Source of the DNA: Leucoraja erinacea
Taxonomy: Eukaryota
Direction of reading: 5' to 3'
Length of the DNA stretch: 64,000 bases
Assembly (NCBI RefSeq): GCF_028641065.1
Contig: NW_026576645.1
Location: 1-64,000, forward strand
This document shows, one piece after another, positions 11,756 to 25,739 of the stretch. The notes under the pieces are model-generated. The model was not told where the DNA came from, made no database searches, and worked only from the letters and a program-made list of their open reading frames with translations. Position numbers and translations under genes: made by a program. The stretch's first letter is position 1. Each line of letters opens with the position of its first letter.

Positions 11756-12265
11756 GTTTAAACTGCAGGTATTTTAATGCAAGGGGCTTGACGAGTAAGG
11801 CAGATGAGCTTAGGGCGTGGATACGTATGAGCGACTGGGACGTTGGAGCCATGACTGAAACCTGGTTGAGGGAGGGGTAGGACTGGTAGCTCAATGTTGC
11901 GGGGTACAGGAACTTCAGGAGAGACGGATGAGGAAAAAAGAGTTGGGGGAGTTGCATTGTTGGTTAAGGAGGATGTCACGGTTGTGTTCAGAGGTGACAT
12001 TATGGACATTTTGTCTAGTGGGGCCATATGGATGGAGCTGAGGAACAAGAAAGGGATGATCACCATGTTGGGGGTGTATTACAGACCCTCAAATAGTCAA
12101 CGGGAATTAGAAGGACATATGTGCCGGGCAGCTGGGATCAAGTGCATCCTTGTAGGAGTTTCGGGAACTAAAAACTCTGTATTTACCGAGGAGAAAGACA
12201 GTAGGACGGAGGAAATTGGAGCAGTCACTGGAAGTGTCATGAGAGCAGTCAGGGTTACTGTCAAT
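11756..12265 (+). mobile_element. CR1 ORF2 endonuclease remnant
   Basis: YFNARGL..ETWL, GGVALLVKED and LGVYYRPSNS motifs. Confidence 0.8.
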
Positions 12266-12815
12266 AGACAATAGGTGCAGGAGTAGGCCATTCAGCCCTT
12301 CGAGCCAGCACCGCCATTCAATGTGATCATGGCTGATCATCCCTAATCAGTACCCCGTTCCTGCCTTCTCCCCATATCCCCTGACTCTGCTATCTTTAAG
12401 AGCCCTATCTAGCTCTCTATTGAAAGTATCCAGAGAACCGATCTCCACCTGATCTGAGGCAGACAATACCACAGACTAACAACTCTCTGTGTGAAGAAGT
12501 GTTTCCTCTTCTCCGTTCTAAATGGCTTACCCCTTATTCTTAAACTATGGCCCCTGGTTCTGGACATCCCCAACATCAGGAACATGTTTCCTGCCTCTAG
12601 CGTGTCCAAACACTTAATAATCGTATATGTTTCAATAAGATCCCCTCTCACCCTACAAAACTCCAGAGTATACAAGCCCAGCCGCTCCATTCTCTCAGCC
12701 TATGACAGTCCCGCCATCCCAGCAATTAACCTTGTAAACCTACGCTGCAGTCCCTCAATAGCAATAATGTATTTCCTCAAATTAGGGGACCAAAACTGCA
12801 CACAATACTCCAGGT
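12266..12815 (-). mobile_element. 5'-truncated CR1 (HER1-like) LINE 3' end
   Basis: LEYCVQFWSP, RFTRLI, GDLIETY and TRGHSL motifs; 3' UTR ggctcgaagggctgaatggcctactcctgcacct. Confidence 0.9.
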
Positions 12816-12907
12816 AATGTTGAGGAAGTACTGAAGGTACTGTCGTGTTTGAAAGTAGACAAATCTCCGAGACCTGATCAGATATAGTCGAGGACACTGG
12901 AGGAAAC

Positions 12908-13330
12908 TTGAACAAGTTAGGGCTTTATTCTTTGGAGCGCAGAAGGTTAGGGGGGGACTTGATAGAGGTATTTAAAATGATGAGAGGGATAGACAGAGTT
13001 GACGTGGAAAAGCTTTTCCCACTGAGAGTAGGGAAGATTCAAACAAGGGGACATGACTTGAGAATTAAGGGACTGAAGTTTAGGGGTTACATGAGGGGGA
13101 ACTTCTTTACTCAGAGAGTGGTAGCTGTGTGGAATGAGCTTCCAGTGAAGGTGGTGGAGGCAGGTTCGTTTTTATCATTTAAAAATAAATTGGATAGTTA
13201 TATGGATGGGAAGGGAATGGAGGGTTATGGTCTGAGCGCAGGTATATGGGACTAGTGAGATTATGTGTTCGGCACGGACTAGAAGGGTCGAGATGGCCTG
13301 TTTCCGTGCTGTAATTGTTATATGTTATAT
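12908..13330 (+). mobile_element. CR1 3' fragment of a second subfamily
   Basis: LGLYSLERRRLGGDLIEVFK..TRGHDL..FFTQRVVAVWNELP, ending in a tgttata-repeat tail. Confidence 0.85.
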
Positions 13331-13407
13331 GAAACTAGAAAGGAAATTGCGGGAGGCCCAGTTGAAATGTATGAGTCGCACTTAAATACAGGAGAGGTGC
13401 CAGAGGA

Positions 13408-13590
13408 TGAATCTAACCCTATATCACACACGTAAACTGTTCATTGATTACATTGCGAGTCGGGTCGGGTAGGCTCCAGTTACTAAAATGGGCGGGGGGA
13501 AATGCCCAGGATCCCCTCCGTAGCGTACTACACGTCAGCCCATTGTATTTCGCAGGAGTAGCCTATCTTGCACCGCTATAAGATCTTTTG
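13408..13590 (-). mobile_element. One-ended fragment of the CAAAGATC TIR family
   Basis: Reverse complement caaaagatcttatagcggtgcaagataggctactcctgcgaaatacaatgggctgacgtgtagtacgctacgg matches the left end of 10778 and 55958. Confidence 0.85.
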
Positions 13591-13824
13591 TGGAAAGTGC
13601 GTAATAAAGGCGTTTGTTGTCCGTGAATGCATAAGAAAAGGGGGCGCAGAGCGAACAGGGGCTGGTCGTGTACACACCATTATGAGCCGTGTTGGCATTT
13701 ACATCGAAACCAGTTACACTTGAATCACTGAAATCAGACTCCACTCCGCAGCAATCTCTGCGGCATCAATTCAGATAAATTCAGGACATTAGAAAGCCCC
13801 AGCTCTTTCTTCTGCCGGATTAGT

Positions 13825-13840
13825 GGCTCTTAAAAGAGCC
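13825..13840 (-). terminator. Histone 3' stem-loop of H3 copy 1, with U7-binding HDE at ~13799-13812
   Basis: GGCTCT-TTTA-AGAGCC followed by AGAAGAAAGAGCTG on the minus strand. Confidence 0.95.
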
Positions 13841-13866
13841 GTTTGTTGTTGGTGGAGAGGTGGAGT

Positions 13867-14283
<417 letters not shown>

Positions 14284-14322
14284 TCAACAGTAGAAGCACA
14301 GTGTGAAATACAGGATCTGAAT

Positions 14323-14334
14323 CAAAGATCTTTG
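14323..14334. mobile_element. 12-bp TIR-only scar CAAAGATCTTTG with 8-bp TSD ATCTGAAT, upstream of H3
   Basis: TSD at 14315-14322 and 14335-14342. The H3 paralogue has a single AACTGAAT at 35026-35033 (empty site). Confidence 0.88.
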
Positions 14335-15193
14335 ATCTGAATGACGGAGCCGGCTCTGGGACCCGCTTTTGTAGCGTTGGTGAAGGGCCGGCCCACAGCC
14401 TCTGAATGGATGGAGCAGAGATGTCACTCACCGTGTCCCATCCCTGCGAGTGGCTGCAGGTTTGTCAGCTCCAGGCGGCTGTTTCAGAAGGTCTGAGGCC
14501 GGCCGGCCGGGTGGGGGTGGGGGGAAGCTCGGCCAACCAGAGAGCACGGACTGCAGTATCATTGGTTGTGGGTTAAATTTCAAATTGAATTCAGTTTCTG
14601 TGAACTTAATATCAAATCCACTTTAACTTCTCGCTTAAATCATGACTGAATATGCGGCGCGGATTTACAGACCGGATCCCTGTGCAGACGGAATTCTGCT
14701 CTGCTCGTGACTGGAAATAAGCCACTGTGACCCAGGGAACGGTTTGGAGTCGACCCTCCTGTTGCTGCATTAATCATGAGGTGTAGGGTGATTTCACGAA
14801 AGGTCACTGGGTCATAGGTCTTCACGCACGGAGCCGCAAAATCCAACTGGGGTACAAACGTCACTTCCAGTACATGTTATTGATGCTAGAAACGCGTACT
14901 TTCAAACCTGTTAAAAACCGCGAAAACTGTTATTTTCTGCGCTATAAATAACTGCGTCGGGGTGACCGTGAGGCACAGTTATCCTGCTTTAGAGATCTAA
15001 AGATTAAGGAAAATGAAGGTAAAGAGAAGTGAGTGCTGAAGGGAAAATAACAGCGGAAGTTGTTGGCCGTGCAGATATAAAGATAAAAAATATCGGGAAT
15101 TATCGCGTTTGCTCACTGCATTTCATCAAAACATCAATAATGCCTACATCATCAGCAAGCGCTGTGAATTAAACGGCGGATAAAGGCTTTTAA

Positions 15194-16890
15194 ATGAAAA
15201 AAACGTCTCCATCTCAGAGCCCTCAGAGAACAGCTTCAAAACACCTGCTGAAAAGCCAGAAACCTGAAGAACTGGCCTCTGAAGTGGTTACCATGGCTAC
15301 AAGATCCAAGACTGAGATGGCTACTAAGGAGAAAAATGAACTTGAGGAGATAAACAATTTGGTACGAGAACTGAGAAAGGATATTGAGGCTGGAAATTAA
15401 AAAATGATGGAAAATATGAATGCAAAAATGATGGAAAATATGTCGAACATCATTGCTGGCAATCAAAAACATAGAAATTAGGTGCAGGAGTAGGCCATTC
15501 GGCCCTTCGAGCCTGCACGGCCTTTCAATATGATCATGGCTGATCATCCATCTCAGTATCCCGTACCTGCCTTCTCTCCATAGCCACAAGGGCCACATCT
15601 AACTCCCTCTTAAATATAGCCAATGAACTGGCCTCAACTACCCTCTGTGGCAGAGAGTTCCAGAGATTCACCACTCTGTGTGTGAAAAATGTTCTTCTCA
15701 TCTCGGTTTTAAAGGATTTCCCCCTTATCCTTAAGCTGTGACCCCTTGCCCTGGACTTCCCTAACATCGGGAACAATCTTCCTGCATCTAGCCTGTCCAA
15801 CCCCTTAAGAAAGTTGTAAGTTTCTATAAGATCCCCTCTCAATCTCCTAAATTCTAGAGAGTATAAACCAAGTCTATCCAGTCTTTCTTCATAAGACAGT
15901 CCTGACATCCCAGGAATCAGTCTGGTGAACCGTCTCTGCACTCCCTCTATGGCAATAATGTCCTTCCTCAGATTTGGAGACCAAAACTGTACGCAATACT
16001 CCAGGTGTGGTCTCACCAAGACCCTGTACAACTGCAGTAGAACCTCCCTGCTCCTATACTCAAATCCTTTTGCAATGAAAGCTAACATACCATTCGCTTT
16101 CTTTACTGCCTGCTGCACCTGCATGTCTAAGTTATTGATTGCATTGACATTTTAAAAACAAACGAATTGATGATGTGCAAGAAGAGCTAACGGGGAGAAT
16201 TGATAAAGTGGAAGGAGATTCCACGAAGAAGTTTGAGGCTGTGCATGAAACTGTTCTTCATATGTAACTGCAATGAAAGACATGGAAACATCTGTTGCAC
16301 AAATGTCTGAAGATATGCAGGGAATGAAGCTAGAACTAGACAGTCTCAAGAGTCATCTGGCAAAAGTCTTGGATAAATGCCTTGATCTCGAAGCTCGCTC
16401 AAGACCCCAAAATTTAAGAATACTGGGAGTAACAGAGGGAGCAGAGTGAAACAACCCCCGTGAGTTTATTGCCAACTTACTCAAACATGTACTCAATTTA
16501 CCCGTGGAACCGAAAATTGAAGTGGCACATCGAGTACCCAGATTTAAGCCAAGATCACAAGTAGAACCAGCCCACCCACGACAGATCATAGTCAAATTTC
16601 GGGACATTTCAGCACTGGAAGAGCTGATGAAAAAAATCAAACATGGAGTGAAGGTGACGTTTGGAAACGACTCTATCAAACTCTTCTGGGATTATCCCTA
16701 TGAGATCGTGCAAAAGAGAAAACAGTTCTCACTGACAAGACAGATTCTCCAAGGAGTTTAAGATGTCAGATGTGGCATTTTTTATCCAGCCAGGATGCAA
16801 ATTACTTTCAAGGGAAAGGAGAAATAATTCACCAACCCGGACTCAGCGTTTAAATATGCCCAAGAGATTGTGGCAGAAAAAGAGGATTAA
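15194..16890 (+). mobile_element. Degenerate L1-clade ORF1, interrupted by CR1
   Basis: DLEARSRPQNLRILGV, IEVAHRVP, PRQIIVKF, DYPYEIVQKRK and FYPARM motifs, with stops and frameshifts. Confidence 0.8.
15466..16125 (-). mobile_element. 5'-truncated CR1/HER1 LINE
   Basis: 196-aa ORF VKKANGMLAFI..LVRPHLEYCVQFWSP; HER1-type tail. Confidence 0.92.
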
Positions 16891-18599
16891 GGAATGCAGC
16901 GGGATGGTATGGACAACTTATTTCTCTTTATTAGTTCACAGAGAATGCCCGAAGATAAGGGAAGAAACACCATTTTCTAAAAGTCCAAAATGGAGGAGCA
17001 TCTCCTTGTGCGCTGGTCTAGACACCTTATCTCCCTCGGACGCTTTGGAATTTAACTCAAGGCCACTCTTTGTTCAAAATGAAGGAAAGACTGATTAACA
17101 ACGGAGAGACGAACAGGAAAGCCGAACGTGGAAAACATCACAAGGACAAATGGCGGTTTAAGATCTTAAAATAGTTTCACAAAACATAGAGAATTAACAA
17201 TAATTAACAACACTAATATAGAAATAGAAATGGAAACTAACCTGAACTATATAATAGGCAAAATGTAATAATGTTTTAAAAAGACAGACTATCCCATATA
17301 TTGAGCGAGACAGTTAAGCAGGTATGAAGAAATAACAAATAACAAATTTTAGAACTAACGTAGATAATATCACAAATTGTAGTGCTATGTACTTTGTGTG
17401 GGGAAGGGAGGAGACTCAGGCACCTGGCATAGTTCCAGGAGCCTGATTCTGGTTAACCCTCTCAGCCGACAGCTGACTATTATCAAAGGTATAACTATAA
17501 CTATAAATAGTTAGTAGATAAAAGTGTTAGATATATAAGTTTCATAGTAGCTGAACATACGATTTGATAAGTCTTAATGAAATATATACATATGGTAATT
17601 GGGTGACCGTATATACAACTGATTTTGAAAAGGTCCCTCCCTCCTAGTCTAAGAGTAATAAAGGGAGCGGAGCTAATTGCATAACATCAACATCGGAAGT
17701 CGAATTGATGTCAAACCCCACAGACGTGTGGGACACTCATTACAGGTTTTTGTTGGGATGCAGTCCTCCACACATTTATTTATGAAGTCTATAACGACTG
17801 TGGCGTATTCATTCAGTTCCTTTGCCAAGTCCCTGAACATTGCCCTGTCTACAGACTCCAAACAGTCCTGGAGTTGTTCCTCTAGTAGTCTCAGCAAGTA
17901 GTTCAGGAGAACATTTGTATTTTGCCCAGTGACTAGGATTTGTGATCAGTGTAGAGATATCTCATTGGGATCACGTGGAGACCTGGTAAGACGGCATCTT
18001 GTATGTTATGTCCAGGTCTATCATAGGAAGAATGTATGTGCAATAGAGGGAGTGCAGTGACTGTTCACACAGTGTGTCTGGTCTGTGGGGTTGGAAATTG
18101 AAGGGGTTTGAAGGACAGTTGATCTGAAGAAATCTGAATATTTTATGATGTTTGTGCATCCAAGATGGTTGATTTGCACATTGGCGCATAGTGTGACAAA
18201 TCAGGTTGATCTGAGGAGTGAAAACATGGCATCTGTGTGACGTGCAAGTTTATCCCAAGACTGTGTCAGTGACAGGATTGAGTACAGTTGTTGACAAATG
18301 CTTTAGTGCCCGACGGCTGCTGGCAGTGGGACTCACTGGGAACTTGTGTCATGGCCGTGCTGTTGATGAGAAGCGGCAACTCTGATGTCAATGTGAAGAA
18401 ATGTAGGACATGGTGGAAAATTCAGCAGGTCAGACAGCATCTGTGGAAAGAGAAATGGCTGACATTTTAACTCTGACATGCTTGATTGGAACAGAGGAAG
18501 AAAGAAATGTGTCTCAGCAGCAGAGAGGGCTGGGAGGGCAGTGGGTGGAACAGAGTGAAGTTCGCTGATAGGTGCACCAGGGCTACTCAGTAGTTAATC

Positions 18600-21500
18600 T
18601 AGTGATGCAGGGGGCTGGGATCCACAGTGACTCTGATCAGGTGGGCTATGTAGAAAATGGGACAGTAAAATCTAGTGGGATGAGTAGACAGAGACAGGAG
18701 GGGAATCTCGCGAAGGGCCGGTGGGGTTAACTGCATTTACTTGAATGAAAGGAGCCTCACGGGTAAGATGTGTGAGCTGGGATATCCTGGAGGGATCGAC
18801 TCATGGAACTTTATGGTTAAAACTTGGGAATAAGAAAAGGACAATCACTATGATGGGATTATACTGTCTGCCTCTCAATAGTCAGCATGCATGAGGAGAC
18901 CAGACATGTAGGCTGAATGAGGAAGGATGTGAAATCAATGTGTTTGTAGTCGTGGGTAATTTTAACTGTTGGGTGGGGAAAAGCAGTGATGTTGCAACAG
19001 AAAGCAACATCCAGGTCTGTGCTACTAGGACTGGCTCTGTGGCACAGTGGGGATGAATGAGACCAGTCAGGCGACAGTGATAAGATACTTGATAGTCGGG
19101 GGAAAAGAAGGAAATTATGTGAGGTTAGGGAGAGGAAGATGGGACTGATGAATGCATAACTGAAAAGTTGGAGCAGGGAGTCAGATTATTGGATTATAGG
19201 GATCTTTTCTGCAGCAGCAGTGACCTGCACAAGCGGGACGGGTTACACCTGAACTGGAGGGTGACCAATATTCTGGCGGGCAGATTTGCTCACGATACCA
19301 GGGAAGATTAAATGACATTTATTTCAGTAAAAGTGGCCGGACAAGTAAGATCATCGAACACTCGACGTGAATAAGTACATGGGATTGGGATATTACAGCC
19401 GCTGCAGAAATATAGTGAATAGAGGGTTGGGCTGGTAGCTTAATGTTCCAGGGTACCAGTGTGATAGGCGAGATGGAGCAGGAGAAAGAGAGGAGAGGTA
19501 GTTGAGTTTTTGATGCGGGTGAACATCACGCAGTTATCTAAGATGAATGTATTGAGGATTTATGAATGGAACATTGAAATATGGGGGTGATCTTGTTGGG
19601 AATTAGAGAAGCAAAATGCAGAATGATTGGAGAATGTTGCAAGAATAACAAAGGCTGTGAAGTGGATTTTACGTTTCTGGATATAGACTAGGACTTGTGG
19701 CTTAGATGTGGTAAACTATTGTGAAATAGGGCAAGTGCCTGAAATGTAGGTGGGGAGGCACTTTAGTTCTATTTGTGTTAATACAGTTATGGAAAAACAC
19801 AGAACTGCTCCACAAGCTAAAGTTATAAACTGCAGCTAGACAAAATCTTACAAAAAATGATTGTAGTATGTTGTTTGAGTATAAAGGAACATCCAGCAAG
19901 TGAGATAGTGAGCGGTCAAGTTCTCAATATTCCTATTGGAGTGAAGGGCAGGGCCAGCAGGAGGAGGGAGCTCTGGGTCACAGGGTATGGAGGGTCTGGT
20001 CAGAAAAAAAGTAAGGTGTGTTCAGGTACAGCCAACTGCTAACAAGTGATACCTGGACATGTACAGGAGATGCAGAAGCATGCATGGGAAGGAATAAGGA
20101 AATTAAAATGGGGGCATGAGATAACTTTGGCATAGAAGTTAAATGAGAAAAATGGAAAAAAGTAAAAAGTCAAAGACCAAAGTCTATGTGTGGAGCTGCA
20201 GGAGATAGGCAAGGACCCGAGAGTGTTTCTCTGTTTTTAATATAGAAAAATACATGAAGATGACGGAAACACTTTTTCCACACAGAGTTGTGAGTGTGGA
20301 ATTCTCTGCCTCATAGGGCGGTGGAGATAAAGATAGCGGAGTCAGGGAATATGGGGTGAAGGCAGGAACGGGGTACTGATGGTGGATGATCAGCAATGAT
20401 TACATTTAATGGCGGTGCTGACTCGAAGTGCCGAATGGCCTACTCCTGCACCTGTTGTCTATTGTCAATAACTTGAAGAATTGCCAGGGAAGTCTTGTGG
20501 TGTTCTTCAATATGGTAGAGGAGGTGCTGGATGTATGAAGCAGATCATTCTTTAAGGACTGATCAGCCATATTCAAGAATACTGTGCAAAGCTGGGGAAG
20601 AAATTACATGAACCCAAGCTGAGATTTATCGATCATGATTCCACATGGGTGAGGTGCTGGAACACTGGATGCTGGCCAATATTGTGTCTCCCTTTAATAA
20701 CAACTGCAAAGAAAAACCTGGGGACAAGAGATCGATAAGCCTAACATCCGTGGTTAGTGTCCAATGGATAAACCACATGTGCATTTGGAAAGATGGATTG
20801 ATTAAGGATAGTCAGCATGGCTTTATATGTGGGAATCATGTTTCACAAATTTGAGAATTTTAAGGAGATAACAAAGGTATTTGATGAGTGCGGAGCCATA
20901 GATATAGTTAATGTCGACTTCAGCAAGGCCTTTAAGTTTGGGAGGCTGCTCTGGAAGGTTTGATTGCATCGAGTTCACGGAGACATAATTGGATTGATGC
21001 TGAGGCAAGTGACCAGTGGTATGTCTCAGGAGTTGGTGATGTGCCCATTGTTATTTGTCATCTACATCAACAATTTGATGGTAATGTATAAGACCAAATT
21101 TAGCTTAATGCAGCCAGTGAGCAAGACTGTGCAGGTATAGAGCAAGATATAGATCAGCTCCAGAAATGGCAGAAGGAGGTTATTCTGGGTATGTGTGAGG
21201 TGTTGCACTTTGGGAGGTCAAATGGAAGGGTAAAGTCTACAACTAATGACAAGATGGCATAACTTTTAAGGTGAGAGGACCAACATATAAAGATGTGCAG
21301 GGAAAGTTTTTATTCAGAGAACATTGGGAGCCTGGAAAGTCCACCCAGGGATGGTGGTGGAGGCAGATATGACACCAGCATTTAAAAGGCTTCTTGAAAT
21401 GCACATGGATGTGCAGTGAATGCAAGGATATGGATCATGTGTAGGCTTAGGAGATTCATTCTACATGGGCATAGTGGACCATGTACAGTATGTGACATGA

Positions 21501-22710
21501 TTTGTAAGTTTGGAGGTGACAGCAAAATATATGGTATTGTCAACAAAGAAGAAGATTTTCAAGAATTATATTGTTTTTTCAATCAGATACATTTGAGATA
21601 AGTGCAAGGTGTGCAGTTTGGAAAGACAAAACAGAAGTTCACAGTGAATGGTAGTGCCCCGTGGCTGGTTGTAGAAAAGAGGGATCCAAGAGTACAATTA
21701 CTTAGTTCCCTGTAAGTGGCATCACGGGTAGACAGGTTGGTGAAGAGGGCTTTTGGCATGCTGACCTTCGTCAGTCAGAGCAGTAAGTATAGAAGTTGGG
21801 TGTTACATTGCAGTTGCATACGACATTAGTGAGGCTGCGTGTAGAGTGTGCTGTTCGGTTTGGGGGCATTGTGCTACATTGTGCTACAAGGAAACGTGCA
21901 AATAAGCTGGAAAGATGCAGAAAATAATTACAAGAATATTGCCAGCATTTGACTGAATTACATGAAGAGAATTTGCAGGCTGGGACTTTATTCCTCAGAG
22001 CATATGAGACTGAGTGGTGATCTTATCGAAAAGATCAAACCAAGAGGGGCGTGGACAGAGTTATTGAAACAGTATTTTATCAATATTTGGGGAATCAAGA
22101 ACCAGAGTGCATTGGTTTAAGGTGAGAGGTGAAATATTCATTGGAAGTCTGATGAGCAACCTTTTCATACATGGTGGTGTGTTAATGAGATGAGATGTCA
22201 GATAATGTGATGGATACAGGTAAAGTAACCATGTTTAAAATGCCATTTGGACTGTTAGAAGGATAGGAAAACTTCAGAGTGGTGTAGGTCAAACACAGAT
22301 ACACAGGACTAACTTAGATGGCAGCCTGGTTGGCAGAGACAAGTTGGGCTGCAGAGCCTGTTTCTGTGCTGTATGACTGATATGAGGATACGAGAATGAG
22401 GAAGGGTGTAAAAGTGATGGCATTTAACTTCCTCAATATTGACGGGGATTGCCTCGATAAATAGGGTTTTGATGGAAGAATTTGTAAATGCCATCTGAGA
22501 GCATGTTTTGAAGCAGTATGTAGAGAGTGCTACTGGGGAGGGGCAGTACCGGACTTTATCTTGGGGAACGAGGATGTGAAGTTGATAGGTGTATCTATGG
22601 CAAAAACATTTTCCATACAGAGGCCATGGTTCGATCTGTTTCAAGGTAGTCGTGAAAATAATTTGTTTTGTTTGTGAAATAGGGTCTTTAACTGGGAGAA
22701 GTTGGAGTTC
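18600..22710 (+). mobile_element. Old, heavily decayed CR1 copies
   Basis: Scattered esterase (DGLHLNWR), endonuclease and RT remnants (ISLTSVV, SQHGF, DFSKAF) and CR1 3' UTRs; no long ORF. Confidence 0.7.
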
Positions 22711-22724
22711 AATAGTGTTCACCA

Positions 22725-23010
22725 CCGTTGTTGGATGAATTAAATATGGTGAAGAGTCAGATGGTGAGATCGGCCGATTGACCAAATGGTGCCAGCACAA
22801 CAACCTGACTCCCAATACCAGTAAAACCAAGGAACTGACTGTGGACTTTGGAAGAGGAAGGATGAGGACCCACAATCCTGGTTATATCAATGGGATGATG
22901 GTGGAGAGTCAAAAACTTCAAATTCCTGGGCATGCATTTTTCTGAAGATCTTTCCTGGACACAGCACACTGATGCAATTATAAAGAAAACATATCAGCGC
23001 CTCTACTCCA
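22725..23010 (+). mobile_element. Rex1/Babar RT fragment
   Basis: WCQHNNL..NTSKTKEL.VDF, FKFLG..DLSWTQHT and QRLY motifs. Confidence 0.75.
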
Positions 23011-23039
23011 TAGTCCTACTCTACCTCTTTAATTTTAGA

Positions 23040-23690
23040 TAGCCCTTGCTTTCTCCCTCCTTTCCCTCCCCCTTCTAAGCTCACCCACAAAGCCTAATGT
23101 CTCCGCCTCTTCCTTTCTTTGCCCCCCGACATCAGTCTGAAGAAAGGTCTCGACCAGAAACGTCGCCTATTCCTTCTCTCCATAGATGCTGCTTCACTGC
23201 AGCATTTATCCAGCATTTTCTATCTACTTTCGATTTTTCCGGCATCTGCAGATCTTTCTTAAATAGATCTTGTGTGTGGGAAGCATAAACAGTGAGGGAG
23301 TACGAGGTCGGAGTCAACCGGTCCCTGTGAGATAAATAAGCAAATGTGCTTACCTTGGTTTGGTTCTGACTCTCTCTCCATCTCTCCCCCACCCTAATTC
23401 TCTGACTAACGTCAATGCCCTTCTGATAATTTTACTGATTTAATGCCTCCTTGTCACCTTAGCTAACAATGAACCATTCTACATTTCCTTATCATCGTCT
23501 GCTTTGAACTGTAATTTTACTCCACGATATCTCCAGACTACATTTCCCCTCTCAGTCTGAAGAAGGGTCATAAGCCGAAACATCACACATCCTTTCTCTC
23601 CAGACATGCTGTCTGACCTACTTAGTAGCTCCAAACTGGAGTGTCTATCTTTGATGTAAACCTGCATCTGCAGTTCCTTCCAACACACCT
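23040..23690 (+). mobile_element. Penelope-like terminal-repeat remnants with hammerhead-like cores (23137-23164, ~23557-23585)
   Basis: CTGAAGA-stem-GAAACGTC followed by the conserved cctattcc..tccatagatgctgc..ccagcattt block. Confidence 0.6.
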
Positions 23691-24039
23691 AATCTGGTGT
23701 AGTCTGGTCGACTGGTAAATAGTCCTACATGCTGCATTGTGCACAGGTGAAAGATGATGTGTTGTTCCTTGAGCTTGTGTCGGGCCTTGTTGTAACATTG
23801 CTGGAAGTCACAGACCAGACATTGTACCAGGAACTGGCAGGTACAGAATGAACCCCACACTTTCACACTGTACCAGAGATTGGAATCTGCAGTACTGGAC
23901 CCTGGAGGATCTCTCTATCAGTCCCCGTGCAATCCAATGCCAACAACCCCTGTCCATGCTCCTTTCCCCACCTGCACACTGCGCTGGGCCCGGGATGTTG
24001 ACACCGGCCATTGGAACTGTGGAACATTTCTAGAATTAA

Positions 24040-24790
24040 TAAGTCCACCTTGGCCATGGCAATCATGTCTGCATTCTAGGACAGTCCCACTTGCCCACAT
24101 TTGACCCTTAGCTTCTAATCCCTTCCTATCTCAATATTGGTCAAAATATATTTTAAGCATTGTAATTGTACCTGTTTCCTCAGCAGATATGAACTACTCT
24201 CAGTTAAAATGTTGCCCTGTTGTCCCTTTTAAATCTCTCTCCTCTCACCTTGGGCCAATACTTCTACTTTTAGAATCCATTATCCTGGGGAAAAGAAATT
24301 GAGTGTTCAATATCCTTGCCCCTCATGATTTTTTACACTTTATTTAGGTCACCCCTCGGCCTCCTATGCTCCCAAATCAATCCTTGCCTATCCAGCCTCT
24401 CCCTATAATTCAAATACACGTTCCCAAAACATCTTGGTAAACCTCTTCTGCACCCTTTCCAGCATAATGGCATCCTGCTACAGCTGAGCAACTAGAACTA
24501 CACACACTATTCCAGGTCTCACCAGTACAAAGCTGCATCATGATATCCAAATCTTTGTATTCAATACCCGTCCCATTGAAGGCAACTATGGCAAAGCCTT
24601 CACCACACCATCCATCTTATGACGTCCGAGGAACCATGCACCTGTAATCCGAGATCTCTGTTCTGCAACTCTCCAATGTTCTACCATTTATTGTGCAAGC
24701 CCTACCCTGGATTTGCACAATATCAGTGTGCAACACCTCACATTTGTCAGAGTTAAATTATATTTGCCATTCCTTGCCCCACCAAACCAA
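24040..24790 (-). mobile_element. Decayed CR1 3' region
   Basis: Minus-strand CR1 ORF2 C-terminal remnants. Confidence 0.6.
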
Positions 24791-24809
24791 ACATCCTGCG
24801 TATGATGTG

Positions 24810-25735
24810 CACAGCCTAAAGTTGGCATTTAATACCATCATCCCCTCCAAGCTGGTTACCAAGCTCTCAGATCTGGGTCTCTGCGCATCCCTCTCCAATT
24901 GGATCCTCAAACTGATTGTGGACGGAGGGAGGGGTAGGATAGGAACTCACATTGCTGTTGATATCTACGGGACGATGGTGATAAGGGTCAAACATAGAAA
25001 CATAGAAAATAGGTGCAGGAGTAGGCCATTCGGCCCTTCGAGCCTGCACCGTCATTCAATATGATCATGGCTGATCATCCAACTCAGTATCCTGTACCTG
25101 CCTTCTCTCCATACCCCCTGATCCCTTTAGCCACAAGGGCCACATCTAACTCCTTCTTAAATAGAGCCAATGAACTGGCCTCAACTACCTTCTGTGGCAG
25201 AGAGTTCCACAGATTCACCACTCTCTGTGCGAAAAATGTTTTCCTCATCTCGGTCCAAAAAGATTTCCCCCTTATCCTTAAACTGTGACTCCTTGTTCCG
25301 GACTTCCCCAACATCGGGAACAATCTTCCTGCATCTAGCCTGTCCAACCCCTTAAGAATTTTGTAAGTTTCTATAAGATCCCCCCTCAATCTTCTGAATT
25401 CTAGCGCGTACAAGCCAAGTCTATCCAGTCATTCTTCATATGAAAGTCCTGACATCCCAGGAATCAGTCTGGTGAACCTTCTCTGTATTCCCTGAAGTCA
25501 AGAACTTCAAATTCGTGGGCGTGCATATTTCCAAAGATCTTTCCGGGTCCCAGCACACTAATGCAATTATAAAGAAAGCACATCAGCGCCTCTACTTCCT
25601 GAGAATATTACGTAGAGTCGGTATGTGAAAGAGGACTCTCTCAAACTTCTAAAGGTGTACAGTAGAGAGCATGCTGATTGGTTGCATCGTGGCCTGGTTC
25701 GGAACTTGAGCGTCCAGCAGCGGAAAAGAATGCCC
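24810..25735 (+). mobile_element. Rex1 fragment interrupted by a minus-strand CR1 3' end (24990-25495)
   Basis: AFNTIIPSKLVTKL..LCASLSNWI and KKAHQRLYFLR flank a HER1-like insert. Confidence 0.75.
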
Positions 25736-25739
25736 CTTC

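Noticed and set aside
25532-25543. caaagatctttc, resembling the 12-bp scar
   Set aside because: No TSD; it is the Rex1 coding word gaagatctttcc also seen at ~22944.
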